From: Patescibacteria group bacterium
GTDB lineage: Bacteria > Patescibacteriota > UBA1384 > XYA2-FULL-43-10
Reading direction: 5' to 3'
Length of the DNA stretch: 64,000 bases
Assembly (NCBI GenBank): GCA_041674405.1
Contig: JBAYVT010000001.1
Coordinates: 1,012 to 65,011, forward strand
Each line of letters opens with the position of its first letter. Positions within the stretch are counted from its first letter, which is position 1. The notes below the pieces were generated by a model, which worked only from the letters and a program-made list of their open reading frames with translations, was not told where the DNA came from and did no database searches. The position numbers and the translations under genes were made by a program. Below are positions 55,801-64,000 of this stretch, one piece after another.

Positions 55801-57204
55801 ATCACTTGCCGGATCATAGGCGATACCATATGGACCATTAAAATTACCTACTCCACTTCCAGTTGTGCCATATGCAGTCCACCCCGTACCATCCATTTTG
55901 GTTTTCACAATGCGGTTGTTGCTATAGTCAGTGACATAGATGTAACCACTGGATCGGTCATGAGCAATGCCTAGTGGTTGATTAAATCCAGCCGTACCCC
56001 TGCCATTTGTACCATATGCAGTCCACCCCGTACCATCCATTTTGGTTTTCACAATATTACGATTTCCAGAATCAACCACATAAATATTACCGCTCCCGGG
56101 GTCAAAAACAATACCAGCTGGTTCGGAAAATTTCCCTACTCCACTTCCGTTCGTGCCATATGCAGTCCATTCTGTTCCATCCATCTTGGTTTTGACAATA
56201 CGCTTATTGCCAGTATCAGCAACGTAGGCATAATCACCAGTGGCGTCATAAGAAATACCCGATGGGTTTGAGAAATTGCCTACTCCACTTCCAGTTGTGC
56301 CATATGCAGTCCATTCTGTTCCATCCATCTTGGTTTTGACAATACGCTTATTGCCATAATCAGCGACATAGGCGTAATCACCAACCGGATCATAGGTAAT
56401 ACCGTATGGGCTACTGAAATTTCCTACTCCACTTCCGTTCGTGCCATAAGTTGTCCATCCCGTACCATCCATCTTGGTTTTGACAATGCGGTGATTGCCA
56501 GTATCAGCAACATAGAGATAGCTATTTGTCGAATCATAAACAATGCTATATGAAAGTCCAAAATTTCCTACTCCACTTCCGTTCGTGCCGTAAGTTGTCC
56601 ACCCGGTGCCATCCATCTTGGTTTTGACGATGCGTTTATTGCTGGTATCCATCACATATATATACCCACTAGATGAGTCGTATGCAATTCCACGTGGATT
56701 ATTAAAATTTCCTATTCCACTTCCGTTCGTGCCATAAGTTGTCCATCCCGTACCATCCATCTTGGTTTTGACAATGCGGTTGTTACCATAGTCTGCAACA
56801 TAGACGTAACCATTGGCAGCATCATAGGCAATATTATATGGCAAATAAAGCTGTCCACTGGTGTCAATTGAATTTTTTCCATAATCATCTTTTTGAAAGT
56901 CCAAGGAAATAGAGCCTTTGGACGCAGATAGATTATCATTGGTAGCATATTTTAGAGTCTCGGCGCCATCGTAAGTATATTTAAGAGAACTTCCCGATCC
57001 ACCCTCAGCATTCGTAGTTGAGAGGGTGGGAAAGGTACTATCCGTAGAAGCAGTCCCTAACCCAACAGAGTAATCTGCATTATAGCTTCCATTATCATAT
57101 GAGGTTCTGAAAGAATCTCCTGCTTTGGTTCCTTTTGTAAATATTGGGAAAATATTGTAGGCTACCAAAAATATGATCGTGAGAGAAACGACCAAAATTC
57201 CCAA
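52900..57204 (-). CDS. Giant secreted/surface protein (1434 aa): N-terminal TM anchor, 12 tandem NHL repeats (two 6-bladed beta-propellers), LamG/concanavalin-like domain, several FN3/PAP-N-like domains
   Basis: 12 repeats of about 47 aa (consensus YVADYGNNRIVKTKMDGTGWTAYGTNGSGVGNFNxPxGIAYD). Jelly-roll segment (LRLVYDIFDYRLRMYLT...ISLNVNS). Repeated ...SWTT...YRYKV... beta-sandwich modules. TTG start (alternatively an upstream ATT). Inserted between rplO and secY. Confidence 0.8.
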   Translation of the reverse strand: MGILVVSLTIIFLVAYNIFPIFTKGTKAGDSFRTSYDNGSYNADYSVGLGTASTDSTFPTLSTTNAEGGSGSSLKYTYDGAETLKYATNDNLSASKGSISLDFQKDDYGKNSIDTSGQLYLPYNIAYDAANGYVYVADYGNNRIVKTKMDGTGWTTYGTNGSGIGNFNNPRGIAYDSSSGYIYVMDTSNKRIVKTKMDGTGWTTYGTNGSGVGNFGLSYSIVYDSTNSYLYVADTGNHRIVKTKMDGTGWTTYGTNGSGVGNFSSPYGITYDPVGDYAYVADYGNKRIVKTKMDGTEWTAYGTTGSGVGNFSNPSGISYDATGDYAYVADTGNKRIVKTKMDGTEWTAYGTNGSGVGKFSEPAGIVFDPGSGNIYVVDSGNRNIVKTKMDGTGWTAYGTNGRGTAGFNQPLGIAHDRSSGYIYVTDYSNNRIVKTKMDGTGWTAYGTTGSGVGNFNGPYGIAYDPASDYVYVADYSNNRIVKTKMDGTGWTAYGTVGSGIGNFNHPYGIAYDSVGDYVYVVDYGNNRIVKTKMDGTGWTAYGTNGSGEGNFSNPCYIDYDQVNDYVYVADYSNNRIVKTKMDGTGWTAYGTAGNGTGNFNGPRGITVDSESGNIFVTDYNNHRIVKTKMDGTGWTTYGTNGSGVGNFNYPRGIAYDVTSENIYIVDYQNNRVVQTKIDGSGFLSTFTKEKILFDAQGSTDELRLVYDIFDYRLRMYLTTASRKLVLESQALSLADGSWNNVQVLYDGTSGIISLNVNSTEVASLLDDTPWGNLSCGYYFYIGSRVNSITDRWDGMMDNITITHTGSDTTAPTNPSSAHFYSDSGKTTEFTDSGWGNSASPYITFAGAADEEGGSGIRGYLIYFGTSDSADPVSTSGVLESSGAYHYQAHSGAADTEQHIQVPAGALTSGVTYYLLIKSEDNDLNIQTPATKLFTYSYDGGPPPAPEYINLSPVGCSTTQDFTATWDAPGDSGGAGIAGYDYKNGSQGQVQSTADTTLSLHPYQEGDNVIYIRSKDNAGNVSAYQTGVYCSTGVVNIIDGPNVTAGPSSITVSWTTNKNTKGSVIVYEGNEYLTEQAFGGFDINHNVRVVGLEPERTYRYKVTWMDTSANTGESAWHETTTAVAPGIKNLEVKVLTPTLASVSWTTTYPAKTNLEFGVGDLGQSIVVSDTYSTEFSKELAGLSGGTSYQLRVDATAQDGTRFYGLKDFSTPPIPIISNLRFEPVDDQAYAGMKVTWATNVETTSSVLYGPSGGEQREVATSDMKKDHEISIANLSDNASYTLTASGTDQYGNKATSDTNTFKTALDSRPPKVTELTIESKTGTSSDGGKAQVVVSWRTDETSTSQVEYGEGVSSSNYSSKTQEDGSYSNAHVVIISNLDPTKTYHLRAVSKDKAGNPGTSEDNAVITQKAQQSALNLILEAFQRAFSWIKIFSRY
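55100..56820. repeat. About 12 tandem near-identical 141-bp coding repeats (NHL blades) inside the giant gene
   Basis: Long near-identical DNA stretches are visible (e.g. ccgtaagttgtccacccggtgccatccatcttggttttgacaatgcggt recurring). Confidence 0.7.
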
Positions 57205-57380
57205 AATGCTCTTTTTGTGAATAATTTTTTTTATTTATTCCCCTCACATTTTTTAGTGACAAATACATTTTAACAAAATGTGGCATATCTCATCAATATT
57301 TGAAAGGAAAATGTAACTCATTGCCGTGTACACATGTAAAAATATGCTTACAGAGCGTCTAATTCTTTATTTTTGAATTT

Positions 57381-57407
57381 TGTAAAACAAAAACCGGCTT
57401 TTGCCGG
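57381..57407 (-). terminator. Rho-independent terminator after rplO (ccggc-tttt-gccgg + T-run on minus strand)
   Basis: Read directly. Terminates the spc operon transcript before the giant gene and secY. Confidence 0.5.
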
Positions 57408-57433
57408 AATTTGTTTAGACAAATCGATTGAAA

Positions 57434-57916
57434 TTATTTAGAGCTTTTCTTCGCAGCAGATTTTTTGTCGGATTTAGCGGCTTCCTTTTTTTCAACCTTT
57501 GTTTCAGGCTTTACAAATAAAGAGGCTATGCTTTTGGAAGCTTTGATATCTAGAAGGGAAACCTTGACTGTAAGTTTGCCGTTGTTAAGTATCTTTGCTT
57601 TGCTGCCAGTTTCAATCAGCTTTTTCTCAACAAGTGATTTTAAGCTGACAACCTCGCCATCTTTGTAATTCTTGGAAATGTCGTCGAGGGAAATAACTCT
57701 GGCTTTATCATTAACTGATTTAAAGCCTCGAAGTTTCGGCAGGCGCATTGAAAGCGGTGTTTGGCCACCTTCAAAACGTTTGGGAATATTAAAACCAGAA
57801 CGTGATTTTTGGCCCTTGGTTCCGCGCCCTGCTGTTTTACCTTGTCCCGCAGAAATTCCGCGCCCAATTCGCTTAATGCTTTTTTTGCTATATGATTTTA
57901 GTGATATTTTTTCCAT
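57434..57916 (-). CDS. rplO: 50S ribosomal protein L15 (Lys-rich C-terminal extension)
   Basis: GRGISAGQGKTAGRGTKGQKSRSG. Confidence 0.9.
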   Translation of the reverse strand: MEKISLKSYSKKSIKRIGRGISAGQGKTAGRGTKGQKSRSGFNIPKRFEGGQTPLSMRLPKLRGFKSVNDKARVISLDDISKNYKDGEVVSLKSLVEKKLIETGSKAKILNNGKLTVKVSLLDIKASKSIASLFVKPETKVEKKEAAKSDKKSAAKKSSK

Positions 57917-57924
57917 GAGTTTGC

Positions 57925-58593
57925 CTATTTTTTAGCTTTAATTTTCGCTTTCGTGTCCTTCTTTGCCGGTTTGCTATTTGGTTTTATTGGCTCTGCTTTT
58001 TTTTCTCCAGTCTTTTCTTCAGCTAATTCAACTTTTACCTCTTTAACCTCAACGCGTTCGCTCTTTTTATCAAAATCTGAGATCTTGTCAACAACACGTG
58101 CACTAAAAGATTGTAAAGCTTTTATCGTGGCAGTAACGTTATTAACTTTGTTTTGGCTCCCCATTGATTTTGCCAAGATATCTGAAATGCCGGCAAGCTC
58201 AACCACGGCACGTACCGAACCACCAGCAACGATGGAAGTACCACTAGAAGCCGGCTTTAGAAGAACGATGGCTGCACCATATTTAGATCTGACTTCATGC
58301 GGAATTGTGCCTTTTATGATAGGAACATTGACTAGGCGTTTCTTTGCTTTGGTAGAAGCCTTTCGAACAGCGTCTGCAACTTCATTTGCCTTGGCAACAC
58401 CCATTCCGACGCGGCCTTTTCTGTCACCCAAAACGATCAAAGCTCTAAAACGGATTCTTCGTCCGCCTTTTACAACTCTGGAGATTCTAGAAACCTCAAT
58501 CACGCGCTCCTCAAATTCCTTTTCTTCTCGAGGTTTTCTGTCCCTGTGAGCAGATCTTGGCCTCATAATATTTTTTTCAAGTTCTTTGGGCAT
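57925..58593 (-). CDS. rpsE: 30S ribosomal protein S5 (N- and C-terminal extensions)
   Basis: dsRBD-like (RVIEVSRISRVVKGGRRIRFRALIVLGD) and S5 C-domain. Followed directly by rplO: no rpmD (L30). Confidence 0.9.
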   Translation of the reverse strand: MPKELEKNIMRPRSAHRDRKPREEKEFEERVIEVSRISRVVKGGRRIRFRALIVLGDRKGRVGMGVAKANEVADAVRKASTKAKKRLVNVPIIKGTIPHEVRSKYGAAIVLLKPASSGTSIVAGGSVRAVVELAGISDILAKSMGSQNKVNNVTATIKALQSFSARVVDKISDFDKKSERVEVKEVKVELAEEKTGEKKAEPIKPNSKPAKKDTKAKIKAKK

Positions 58594-58601
58594 GTTTCCT
58601 C

Positions 58602-58922
58602 TTAGATGTTTAAGCCTGATTTTTTTGCTGCTTCTACTAATTCTTTTACCGCACCATGATAGCGATATTCCGATCGGTCCAAAACAACACTTTTGACTTT
58701 CTTTTCTGCAGCTTTTTTGGCGATCTCTTCGCCGACTTTTCTAGCCATATCGGTAAGCTTGCCATCTCCTGCCTTAAGCGTTGATACAGCGACCAAGACA
58801 TTTCCTGTTTCCGAATCGACTATTTGGGCGTACATATTCTTATTTGAGCGTACTACAATAAGCCTTGGCAAATTTTGATTGGCACTGTTAATTTTCTTGA
58901 TTTTATTTCGAACGTTTGCCAT
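58602..58922 (-). CDS. rplR: 50S ribosomal protein L18
   Basis: PRLIVVRSNKNMYAQIVD... Confidence 0.9.
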   Translation of the reverse strand: MANVRNKIKKINSANQNLPRLIVVRSNKNMYAQIVDSETGNVLVAVSTLKAGDGKLTDMARKVGEEIAKKAAEKKVKSVVLDRSEYRYHGAVKELVEAAKKSGLNI

Positions 58923-59486
58923 TTATGCTGCCTTTCCTGCAGACTGAGCAGTTTTACCGGCTTTTCTGCGAATGACTTCTTCACTATATTTAATGCCTTT
59001 GCCCTTATACACCTCTGGTGGCCTGACTTTTCGGACTTTGGCTGCAAATTCACCAACTTTTTGCCTGTCAATTCCTTCGATAACAATGGAATTTTTAACC
59101 ACATTGACCGCAATTTCCTCTGGGATGTCGAGCTTTATCTCGTGTGAATAACCCATGTTGAGAATCAATTCTGTTCCTTCAACCCGAACACGATAACCGG
59201 TACCTTTGAATTCGAGTGTCTTTTTGGCACCCTTAGACAAATCAGCAATAATTCCAGAAATAAGGCGGGTTATAAGCCCATGCTGTGATTTTTCAAATTT
59301 TGAATTTCCATTTCGGCTTGTCGTGATAATACCATTTTCTATCTTTACTTTAATTTCATCCGGCAAATCTAAAATTCTTTCACCTTTTGTTGATTTTGCA
59401 ATAAACTTGTTATTTTCAACAGATATTGTGATATTGTCATCAGTTTTAATTGGTCGTTTTCCTAGTCTTGACATATTTCCTACCAA
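58923..59486 (-). CDS. rplF: 50S ribosomal protein L6
   Basis: Two-domain L6: SRLGKRPIK...GYSHEIKLDIPE. Confidence 0.9.
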   Translation of the reverse strand: MVGNMSRLGKRPIKTDDNITISVENNKFIAKSTKGERILDLPDEIKVKIENGIITTSRNGNSKFEKSQHGLITRLISGIIADLSKGAKKTLEFKGTGYRVRVEGTELILNMGYSHEIKLDIPEEIAVNVVKNSIVIEGIDRQKVGEFAAKVRKVRPPEVYKGKGIKYSEEVIRRKAGKTAQSAGKAA

Positions 59487-59857
59487 ATTTCACAAATTAA
59501 TTCACCACCGATATTCGTTTTCTTGGCTTCGCGTCCAGAAATCACACCGACTGGCGTTGACATTACGATGAGTCCCAGGCCACGCAAAGGTTTAGGAATA
59601 TCGTTGGCTTTGACATAAATGCGCTGTCCCGGCTTACTCAATCTCTTTAAATGCATCATTTTACCAGCGCCAAACGTAACAAGAAGCATCTTTTGGTTCT
59701 TAACAATTTTTTCAGAAACCGCAGAAATAAACCCTTCCTTTAGGATCACGTCCAAAACCGCTTTCTTGTGTTTCGAGTAAGGCAAAACTGCTTCGGTTTT
59801 TCCGGCGCTTAATGCGTTTTTCAATCTGATTAATAAATCTGCAATTGGATCTGACAT
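59480..59857 (-). CDS. rpsH: 30S ribosomal protein S8
   Basis: MSDPIADLLIRLKNA... Confidence 0.9.
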   Translation of the reverse strand: MSDPIADLLIRLKNALSAGKTEAVLPYSKHKKAVLDVILKEGFISAVSEKIVKNQKMLLVTFGAGKMMHLKRLSKPGQRIYVKANDIPKPLRGLGLIVMSTPVGVISGREAKKTNIGGELICEIW

Positions 59858-59911
59858 ATTGTCTCTTAAAGTTTAATTGATATATTTTCTGTGTTTAAAA
59901 TTCTGTACAAT

Positions 59912-60097
59912 TTACCAGCTGGACTTGGTTACGCCAGGTATTTCTCCACGGCTAGCTCGCTCTCTAAAGCAGATGCGGCACATATCATACTTTCTTATGT
60001 AAGCACGCGGCCGTCCGCAAAGCTTACATCTTCGTATTTTACGTGTGGAAAATTTTGGCTTTCTATTCGCCTTTACAATCATCGATTCTTTAGCCAT
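59912..60097 (-). CDS. rpsZ: 30S ribosomal protein S14 type Z (Zn-ribbon)
   Basis: 61 aa with CKLCGR...CRICFRE. Confidence 0.9.
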   Translation of the reverse strand: MAKESMIVKANRKPKFSTRKIRRCKLCGRPRAYIRKYDMCRICFRERASRGEIPGVTKSSW

Positions 60098-60651
60098 TAT
60101 TTGCTCCCTTCTTGTTTTTCAAACGGGAATCCTAGCGCAGAAAGCAATGCCTCACATTCGGCATTATTCTTGGCAGTTGTATTAACATTTATCTGAAAAC
60201 CGAAATTCTCGGTTACATTTTCAAATTTAATTTCGGGCATGATTGTATGCTCAGAAATTCCAAGCGAATAATTGCCCCTGCCATCGAATCCATTTCGGGA
60301 CAATCCCTTGAAATCTCTAACGCGTGGAAGAGCGACATTGGCTAGGCGGAAAATAAAATCATACATTTTCTCGCCGCGTAGTGTTACTGTAAGGCCGACT
60401 GGCTGGCCAATTCGCAGCTTAAATGCAGAAACTGCTTTTCTGGATTTGTTGATTTTAGGTTTCTGGCCAGTAATTATTGCCAGGTCATTCTGAATTTTTT
60501 CAATTGCTTTTTCTTCTTCTTTGAATTTGCCAACACCCGAGGATACAACTACTTTTGTAACTTTCGGTGTTCTTTCGATATTGGTAAAAGAGAGAGTTTT
60601 TTTGAGCTCTGGCCTGATCGTGTCATAAAATTTTTCTTTCAAAGCGGTCAT
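60097..60651 (-). CDS. rplE: 50S ribosomal protein L5
   Basis: 184 aa, L5 fold motifs. Confidence 0.9.
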   Translation of the reverse strand: MTALKEKFYDTIRPELKKTLSFTNIERTPKVTKVVVSSGVGKFKEEEKAIEKIQNDLAIITGQKPKINKSRKAVSAFKLRIGQPVGLTVTLRGEKMYDFIFRLANVALPRVRDFKGLSRNGFDGRGNYSLGISEHTIMPEIKFENVTENFGFQINVNTTAKNNAECEALLSALGFPFEKQEGSK

Positions 60652-60971
60652 TACTTGGCTCCTCCCTCAATTGACTGATTGCATTTTTTGCAAATTCGAA
60701 TTTTAGCATCATTCTTTATGCTGTATCCGACTCTTCCTGATTTGCCGCAATTCGGGCAAATGACAGCAACATTGGATGCGTCAAGCTTTTTGTTGATGTC
60801 GATTATTCCACCCTGCGGGTTCTTGCGGCTCGGCTTAACATGTTTTTTCATGATATGAACGCCTTTTACAGTAAGTTTATTTTCGGTGGCAAAAACACTA
60901 TCAACTATGCCGCTTTTTCCGCGGTCTTTGCCAACTTTTACCAATACATTGTCATTTTTCTTAATTTTCAT
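60651..60971 (-). CDS. rplX: 50S ribosomal protein L24 (KOW + C-terminal Zn-ribbon extension)
   Basis: MKIKKNDNVLVKVGKDRGKSG...CPNCGK...CKKCNQ. Confidence 0.85.
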   Translation of the reverse strand: MKIKKNDNVLVKVGKDRGKSGIVDSVFATENKLTVKGVHIMKKHVKPSRKNPQGGIIDINKKLDASNVAVICPNCGKSGRVGYSIKNDAKIRICKKCNQSIEGGAK

Positions 60972-61015
60972 CGTATTTACTTTATGAACTTTATAAACTT
61001 TATGGACTTAATAGA

Positions 61016-61381
61016 CTATAATACTTCGGGTGCTAACGAAATTATTTTCATGTAGCCATTTCTTATCTCGCGTGGAATAGGCCCGAAAATACGCGTACCT
61101 CGTGGATTTTTATCATTGTCGATAATTACCGCAGCGTTTTCATCAAACCGGATATATGAGCCATCTTCGCGGCCAAGTTCTTTTCTTGTCCTCACTATCA
61201 CTGCTTTTACAACTTCCTTTTTCTTGACAGTTCCGCGAGGAATAGCGACTTTCACCGATGCGGTAATAACATCACCAATCTTGGCTGCATCTCTTTTTTT
61301 GTGTCCCAAAATAGTAATGCATTCGATTTCCTTTGCACCAGTATTGTCTGCAACTTTTAATCTTGTTCCGGGCTGAATCAC
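61016..61381 (-). CDS. rplN: 50S ribosomal protein L14
   Basis: [18 protein letters not shown]. Confidence 0.9.
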   Translation of the reverse strand: MIQPGTRLKVADNTGAKEIECITILGHKKRDAAKIGDVITASVKVAIPRGTVKKKEVVKAVIVRTRKELGREDGSYIRFDENAAVIIDNDKNPRGTRIFGPIPREIRNGYMKIISLAPEVL

Positions 61382-61629
61382 TAGCTAACCTTTCTTACCG
61401 CTTCAAAATGCTTATTTTTTGAAAGTGGCTTTGTTTCTTTAATTTCAACAACATCACCTGTTTTATATTCGTTCTTCTCATCGTTGACCAAGTATTTCTT
61501 TGAAACCTTATACTTCTTTTTATAAAGGCGATTTGTCTTGATCCGGTCAACCGAAACGGTAATGGTTTTGTCTAAACCATCAAACACTACTTCGCCAACT
61601 AAAATTCTAGATGTTTTTTCTTCTTTCAT
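61381..61629 (-). CDS. rpsQ: 30S ribosomal protein S17
   Basis: OB-fold, 82 aa. Confidence 0.85.
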   Translation of the reverse strand: MKEEKTSRILVGEVVFDGLDKTITVSVDRIKTNRLYKKKYKVSKKYLVNDEKNEYKTGDVVEIKETKPLSKNKHFEAVRKVS

Positions 61630-61631
61630 TT

Positions 61632-61832
61632 TTACTCCGCACTCGCATTCTTAATGGTAAGAAGCCGAGCAAGTTTCTTTTTATTATCGGAAATCTGAGC
61701 GTGATTTGAAGATTTTCCTGCTTTAACAGAAAGGCTTTTTACGGCAATTTCTTTTCTGGCTTTTGCAATTTCTGCCAAAATCTCAGTATCTTTCATATTT
61801 TTTATTCTTTTCAATTCTTCGGTTTTTTTCAT
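61632..61832 (-). CDS. rpmC: 50S ribosomal protein L29
   Basis: 66 aa helical. Confidence 0.8.
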   Translation of the reverse strand: MKKTEELKRIKNMKDTEILAEIAKARKEIAVKSLSVKAGKSSNHAQISDNKKKLARLLTIKNASAE

Positions 61833-62242
61833 TATTCTTCCTTTGTGAGAAATTTGGTCTTGACGGAAATTTTATGCTGAGCTAGTCTCATCGCTTCTTT
61901 TGCTATGTCGTAAGGTACGCCATCCATTTCAAACAATATTCTGCCTGGGCGAATAACTGCCACGAAGTGGTCAAGTGCGCCCTTGCCCGAACCCATCGGT
62001 ACTTCTGCGCTAGTTGCAGTTACAGGTTTGTTCGGAAAAACCCTAATCCAGATTTCACCACCGCGCTTGACATATCGAGTCATGGCGCGCCGTGCAGCTT
62101 CGATTTCACGTGCGGAAATCCAGCCATCCGACAAAGCCTTGATTGCATACTTACCAAAGGAAATTTCTGATCCGCGATATGCCAAACCTCGGCGCTTGCC
62201 GCGCTGTTCTTTCCTGTGTTTCATTTTCTTTGGCATTAACAT
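61832..62242 (-). CDS. rplP: 50S ribosomal protein L16
   Basis: [19 protein letters not shown]. Confidence 0.9.
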   Translation of the reverse strand: MLMPKKMKHRKEQRGKRRGLAYRGSEISFGKYAIKALSDGWISAREIEAARRAMTRYVKRGGEIWIRVFPNKPVTATSAEVPMGSGKGALDHFVAVIRPGRILFEMDGVPYDIAKEAMRLAQHKISVKTKFLTKEE

Positions 62243-62263
62243 GTGAATAATCCTTCGTGTATA

Positions 62264-62911
62264 TTATTTCTCGGTTTTTGCAAATTCAATTTCTCTCTCG
62301 CCGTTATAAATCCAAACCTTGACGCCGATAATTCCGTAAGTTGTAAGGGCGGTTACATAAGAATAATCAATTCCACTCTTGAATGTTGAAAGAGGAACAG
62401 TGCCCAGGATCACCTTCTCGGTCCTAGCAATATCGGCTCCATTCAAACGCCCTGAAACTTGAACCTTAATGCCGCGAACCCCAGATTCTTTTGCCTTCTC
62501 GGCAGCTTGTTTCATAGCCCGCCTGAATGGCATTCTTTTTTCAAGTTGGAAAGCAACATTTGAAGCGACATAAGCAGCGACTGTTTCCGGTTTTTTTACC
62601 TCAACAATGTTGATTCTGGCCTTACCACCGGTTTCTTTTTCTACGAACTCTTTAATTTTTTCAGAACCGGCACCGCCGCGGCCAATTATAACACCGGGCC
62701 TTGCGGAATAAATTGAGACGGAAATCATATTCGCATCACGATCAATGATCACATCAGTGACGGCAGCGCTTTTTAAGCGGTCCTTGATCTTGTCGCGAAG
62801 TTTTATATCGGAAATAAGGTTTTTAGCGTAGTTTTTGCTCTCAAACCATGTTGATTTCCAACTTTCGTTAATCTTCAAACGTATCGATTTTGGATTTACC
62901 TTCTGTCCCAT
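62264..62911 (-). CDS. rpsC: 30S ribosomal protein S3
   Basis: MGQKVNPKSIRL; KH domain. Confidence 0.9.
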   Translation of the reverse strand: MGQKVNPKSIRLKINESWKSTWFESKNYAKNLISDIKLRDKIKDRLKSAAVTDVIIDRDANMISVSIYSARPGVIIGRGGAGSEKIKEFVEKETGGKARINIVEVKKPETVAAYVASNVAFQLEKRMPFRRAMKQAAEKAKESGVRGIKVQVSGRLNGADIARTEKVILGTVPLSTFKSGIDYSYVTALTTYGIIGVKVWIYNGEREIEFAKTEK

Positions 62912-62913
62912 AA

Positions 62914-63474
62914 TTATTCCTTTGCTTGCTTCGTAGAAGCCTTTTTAGCTTTAGGCTTTGCTGTATCAGCTTTCTTGTTTTTTCCGACACTTTCGGTCGG
63001 AACTCCGACATCCGCCTTCGGCGTGGTCGTCGGAGCTTTTTCAACTTTATTAACTTCTGCTTTTTCAGCTTTGTTTGCCTCTTTTTTCTCGACTTTAACT
63101 TCTTCTTTGGATGATTTCGTTTTATTATTGGCTTTTGTGGCTTCGATTTCATCAGACAAAGTAAGAGTCAAGTGGCACATTCGTTTCTTAATCGCTGTGG
63201 CACGGCCCTTTGAAACAATTCTTCGTCTTTTCAGCCGTGGGCCTTCGTCACACTTGATGTTTTTAACAAAAACGTTTTCTGTATCCAATTCCTGATCCTT
63301 GTAGGCAGCGATGCCGGATTTCAAAAGCGAATACAGGTCATTAGAAACGGCGGTTTCGGCATATTTGAGAATTGCCAATGCTTCGGAAGCATTTTTTCGC
63401 TTGATTCCGAAAAGAACCGGACGAACTTTCCTTGGTGAGACTCTCAGATACATTTTTTTAACTGTAATTTCCAT
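62914..63474 (-). CDS. rplV: 50S ribosomal protein L22 with about 75-aa Lys/Ala/Glu-rich C-terminal extension
   Basis: L22 core to about residue 110, then a KANNKTKSSKEEVKVEKKEANKAEKAEVNKVEK... tail. Confidence 0.85.
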   Translation of the reverse strand: MEITVKKMYLRVSPRKVRPVLFGIKRKNASEALAILKYAETAVSNDLYSLLKSGIAAYKDQELDTENVFVKNIKCDEGPRLKRRRIVSKGRATAIKKRMCHLTLTLSDEIEATKANNKTKSSKEEVKVEKKEANKAEKAEVNKVEKAPTTTPKADVGVPTESVGKNKKADTAKPKAKKASTKQAKE

Positions 63475-63499
63475 ATTTCTTGTTGTAAATTATTTTATA

Positions 63500-63790
63500 T
63501 TATGCCCCAGCTTTTGCCTGTTCTTTGGCCATTTTACCACCATGCCTGACAAACTTTCTGGTAGGCGAGAATTCACCCAGCCTGTGCCCAACCATATCCT
63601 CAACTATAAATACCGGAATATGTTCTTTGCCATTGTGGACTGCGATTGTCACTCCCACCATTTCAGGCGAAATAACACAAGCTCGCGACCAGGTTTTGAT
63701 CGGTTTTCTGTCTCCAGACGCCTTAGCAGCCATAACTTTGCGAAGAACGCGTTCATCTACGTATGGGCCTTTTTTGAGTGAGCGTGACAT
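63500..63790 (-). CDS. rpsS: 30S ribosomal protein S19
   Basis: [19 protein letters not shown]. Confidence 0.9.
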   Translation of the reverse strand: MSRSLKKGPYVDERVLRKVMAAKASGDRKPIKTWSRACVISPEMVGVTIAVHNGKEHIPVFIVEDMVGHRLGEFSPTRKFVRHGGKMAKEQAKAGA

Positions 63791-64000
63791 TATTTCCTCT
63801 TCTTGACGATTAATAAAGCTGACTTTTTATTTCTCTTTCGAGTCTTGTGGCCGAGCGCCGGCATACCCCAAGGCGTTTTCGGATACTTAAGACCGATTGA
63901 GGTTCCACCCTCACCACCACCATGCGGGTGATCGCAAGGATTCTTCGCTTTACCTCTAACGTGTGGTTTTCTGCCAGAAAGGCGAACTCGGCCAGCTTTA
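63790..64000 (-). CDS. rplB: 50S ribosomal protein L2, C-terminal part (gene continues beyond window)
   Basis: Hand-translated C-terminus ...[24 protein letters not shown]; upstream GGHGGGEGR-type region. The stop overlaps the rpsS ATG by 1 nt. Confidence 0.8.
   Translation of the reverse strand, partial: KAGRVRLSGRKPHVRGKAKNPCDHPHGGGEGGTSIGLKYPKTPWGMPALGHKTRKRNKKSALLIVKKRK

Noticed and set aside
55200-56800. Highly regular tandem DNA repeats that could be mistaken for a CRISPR array
   Set aside because: Period is 141 bp with no unique spacers, all in one open frame encoding NHL propeller blades. No cas genes nearby.

Overview
This is a 64 kb AT-rich (about 33-38% GC) bacterial chromosomal segment that uses the standard code. 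Gene content and architecture point to a reduced-genome, fermentative Patescibacteria/CPR-like lineage. Supporting features:
- there is no L30 gene between rpsE and rplO;
- several r-proteins carry Lys-rich tails;
- S14 is the Zn-ribbon type Z form;
- PheS is short;
- AspRS is about 477 aa;
- the three tRNA genes I parsed (Ala, Val, Leu) all encode CCA.

Layout, left to right:
- a partial DsbA-like gene;
- a minus-strand operon of PLDc_N small protein, ABC ATPase, ABC-2 permease and a clear heliorhodopsin;
- DUF1801 and an FN3 surface protein;
- typA, a DEAD-box helicase and ppdK;
- a DUF2207 protein;
- a WecB/TagA plus two GT4 glycosyltransferase operon;
- mreB and murA;
- a sortase and tRNA-Leu;
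- a glycolytic/fermentative block of two tandem iPGM paralogs, a PduL-type phosphotransacylase, acetate kinase and a 3-gene 2-oxoacid:ferredoxin oxidoreductase;
- tRNA-Ala and tRNA-Val;
- rpmF, nusB and rnc, then dac, rluB-like, aspS, pheT, pheS and rbfA;
- on the minus strand, the rpsI-rplM / rplQ-rpoA-rpsD-rpsK-rpsM-rpmJ-infA-map-adk-secY / spc-S10 ribosomal super-operon, running from rplO up to a partial rplB at the window end.

Three things stand out:
- Seven small ORFs or ORF pairs with sharply elevated GC (about 55-62%) sit individually between AT-rich core genes. They have their own promoters, SDs and terminators and look like a set of recent acquisitions from a high-GC donor.
- A 1434-aa secreted protein with 12 NHL repeats plus LamG and FN3 domains is wedged between rplO and secY. 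It splits the otherwise universally contiguous spc operon.
- The heliorhodopsin is translationally coupled to an ABC exporter-like cassette.

There is also an att-like duplication of the tRNA-Ala 3' end, a divergent second iPGM paralog, and several candidate regulatory repeats and structured intergenic regions.
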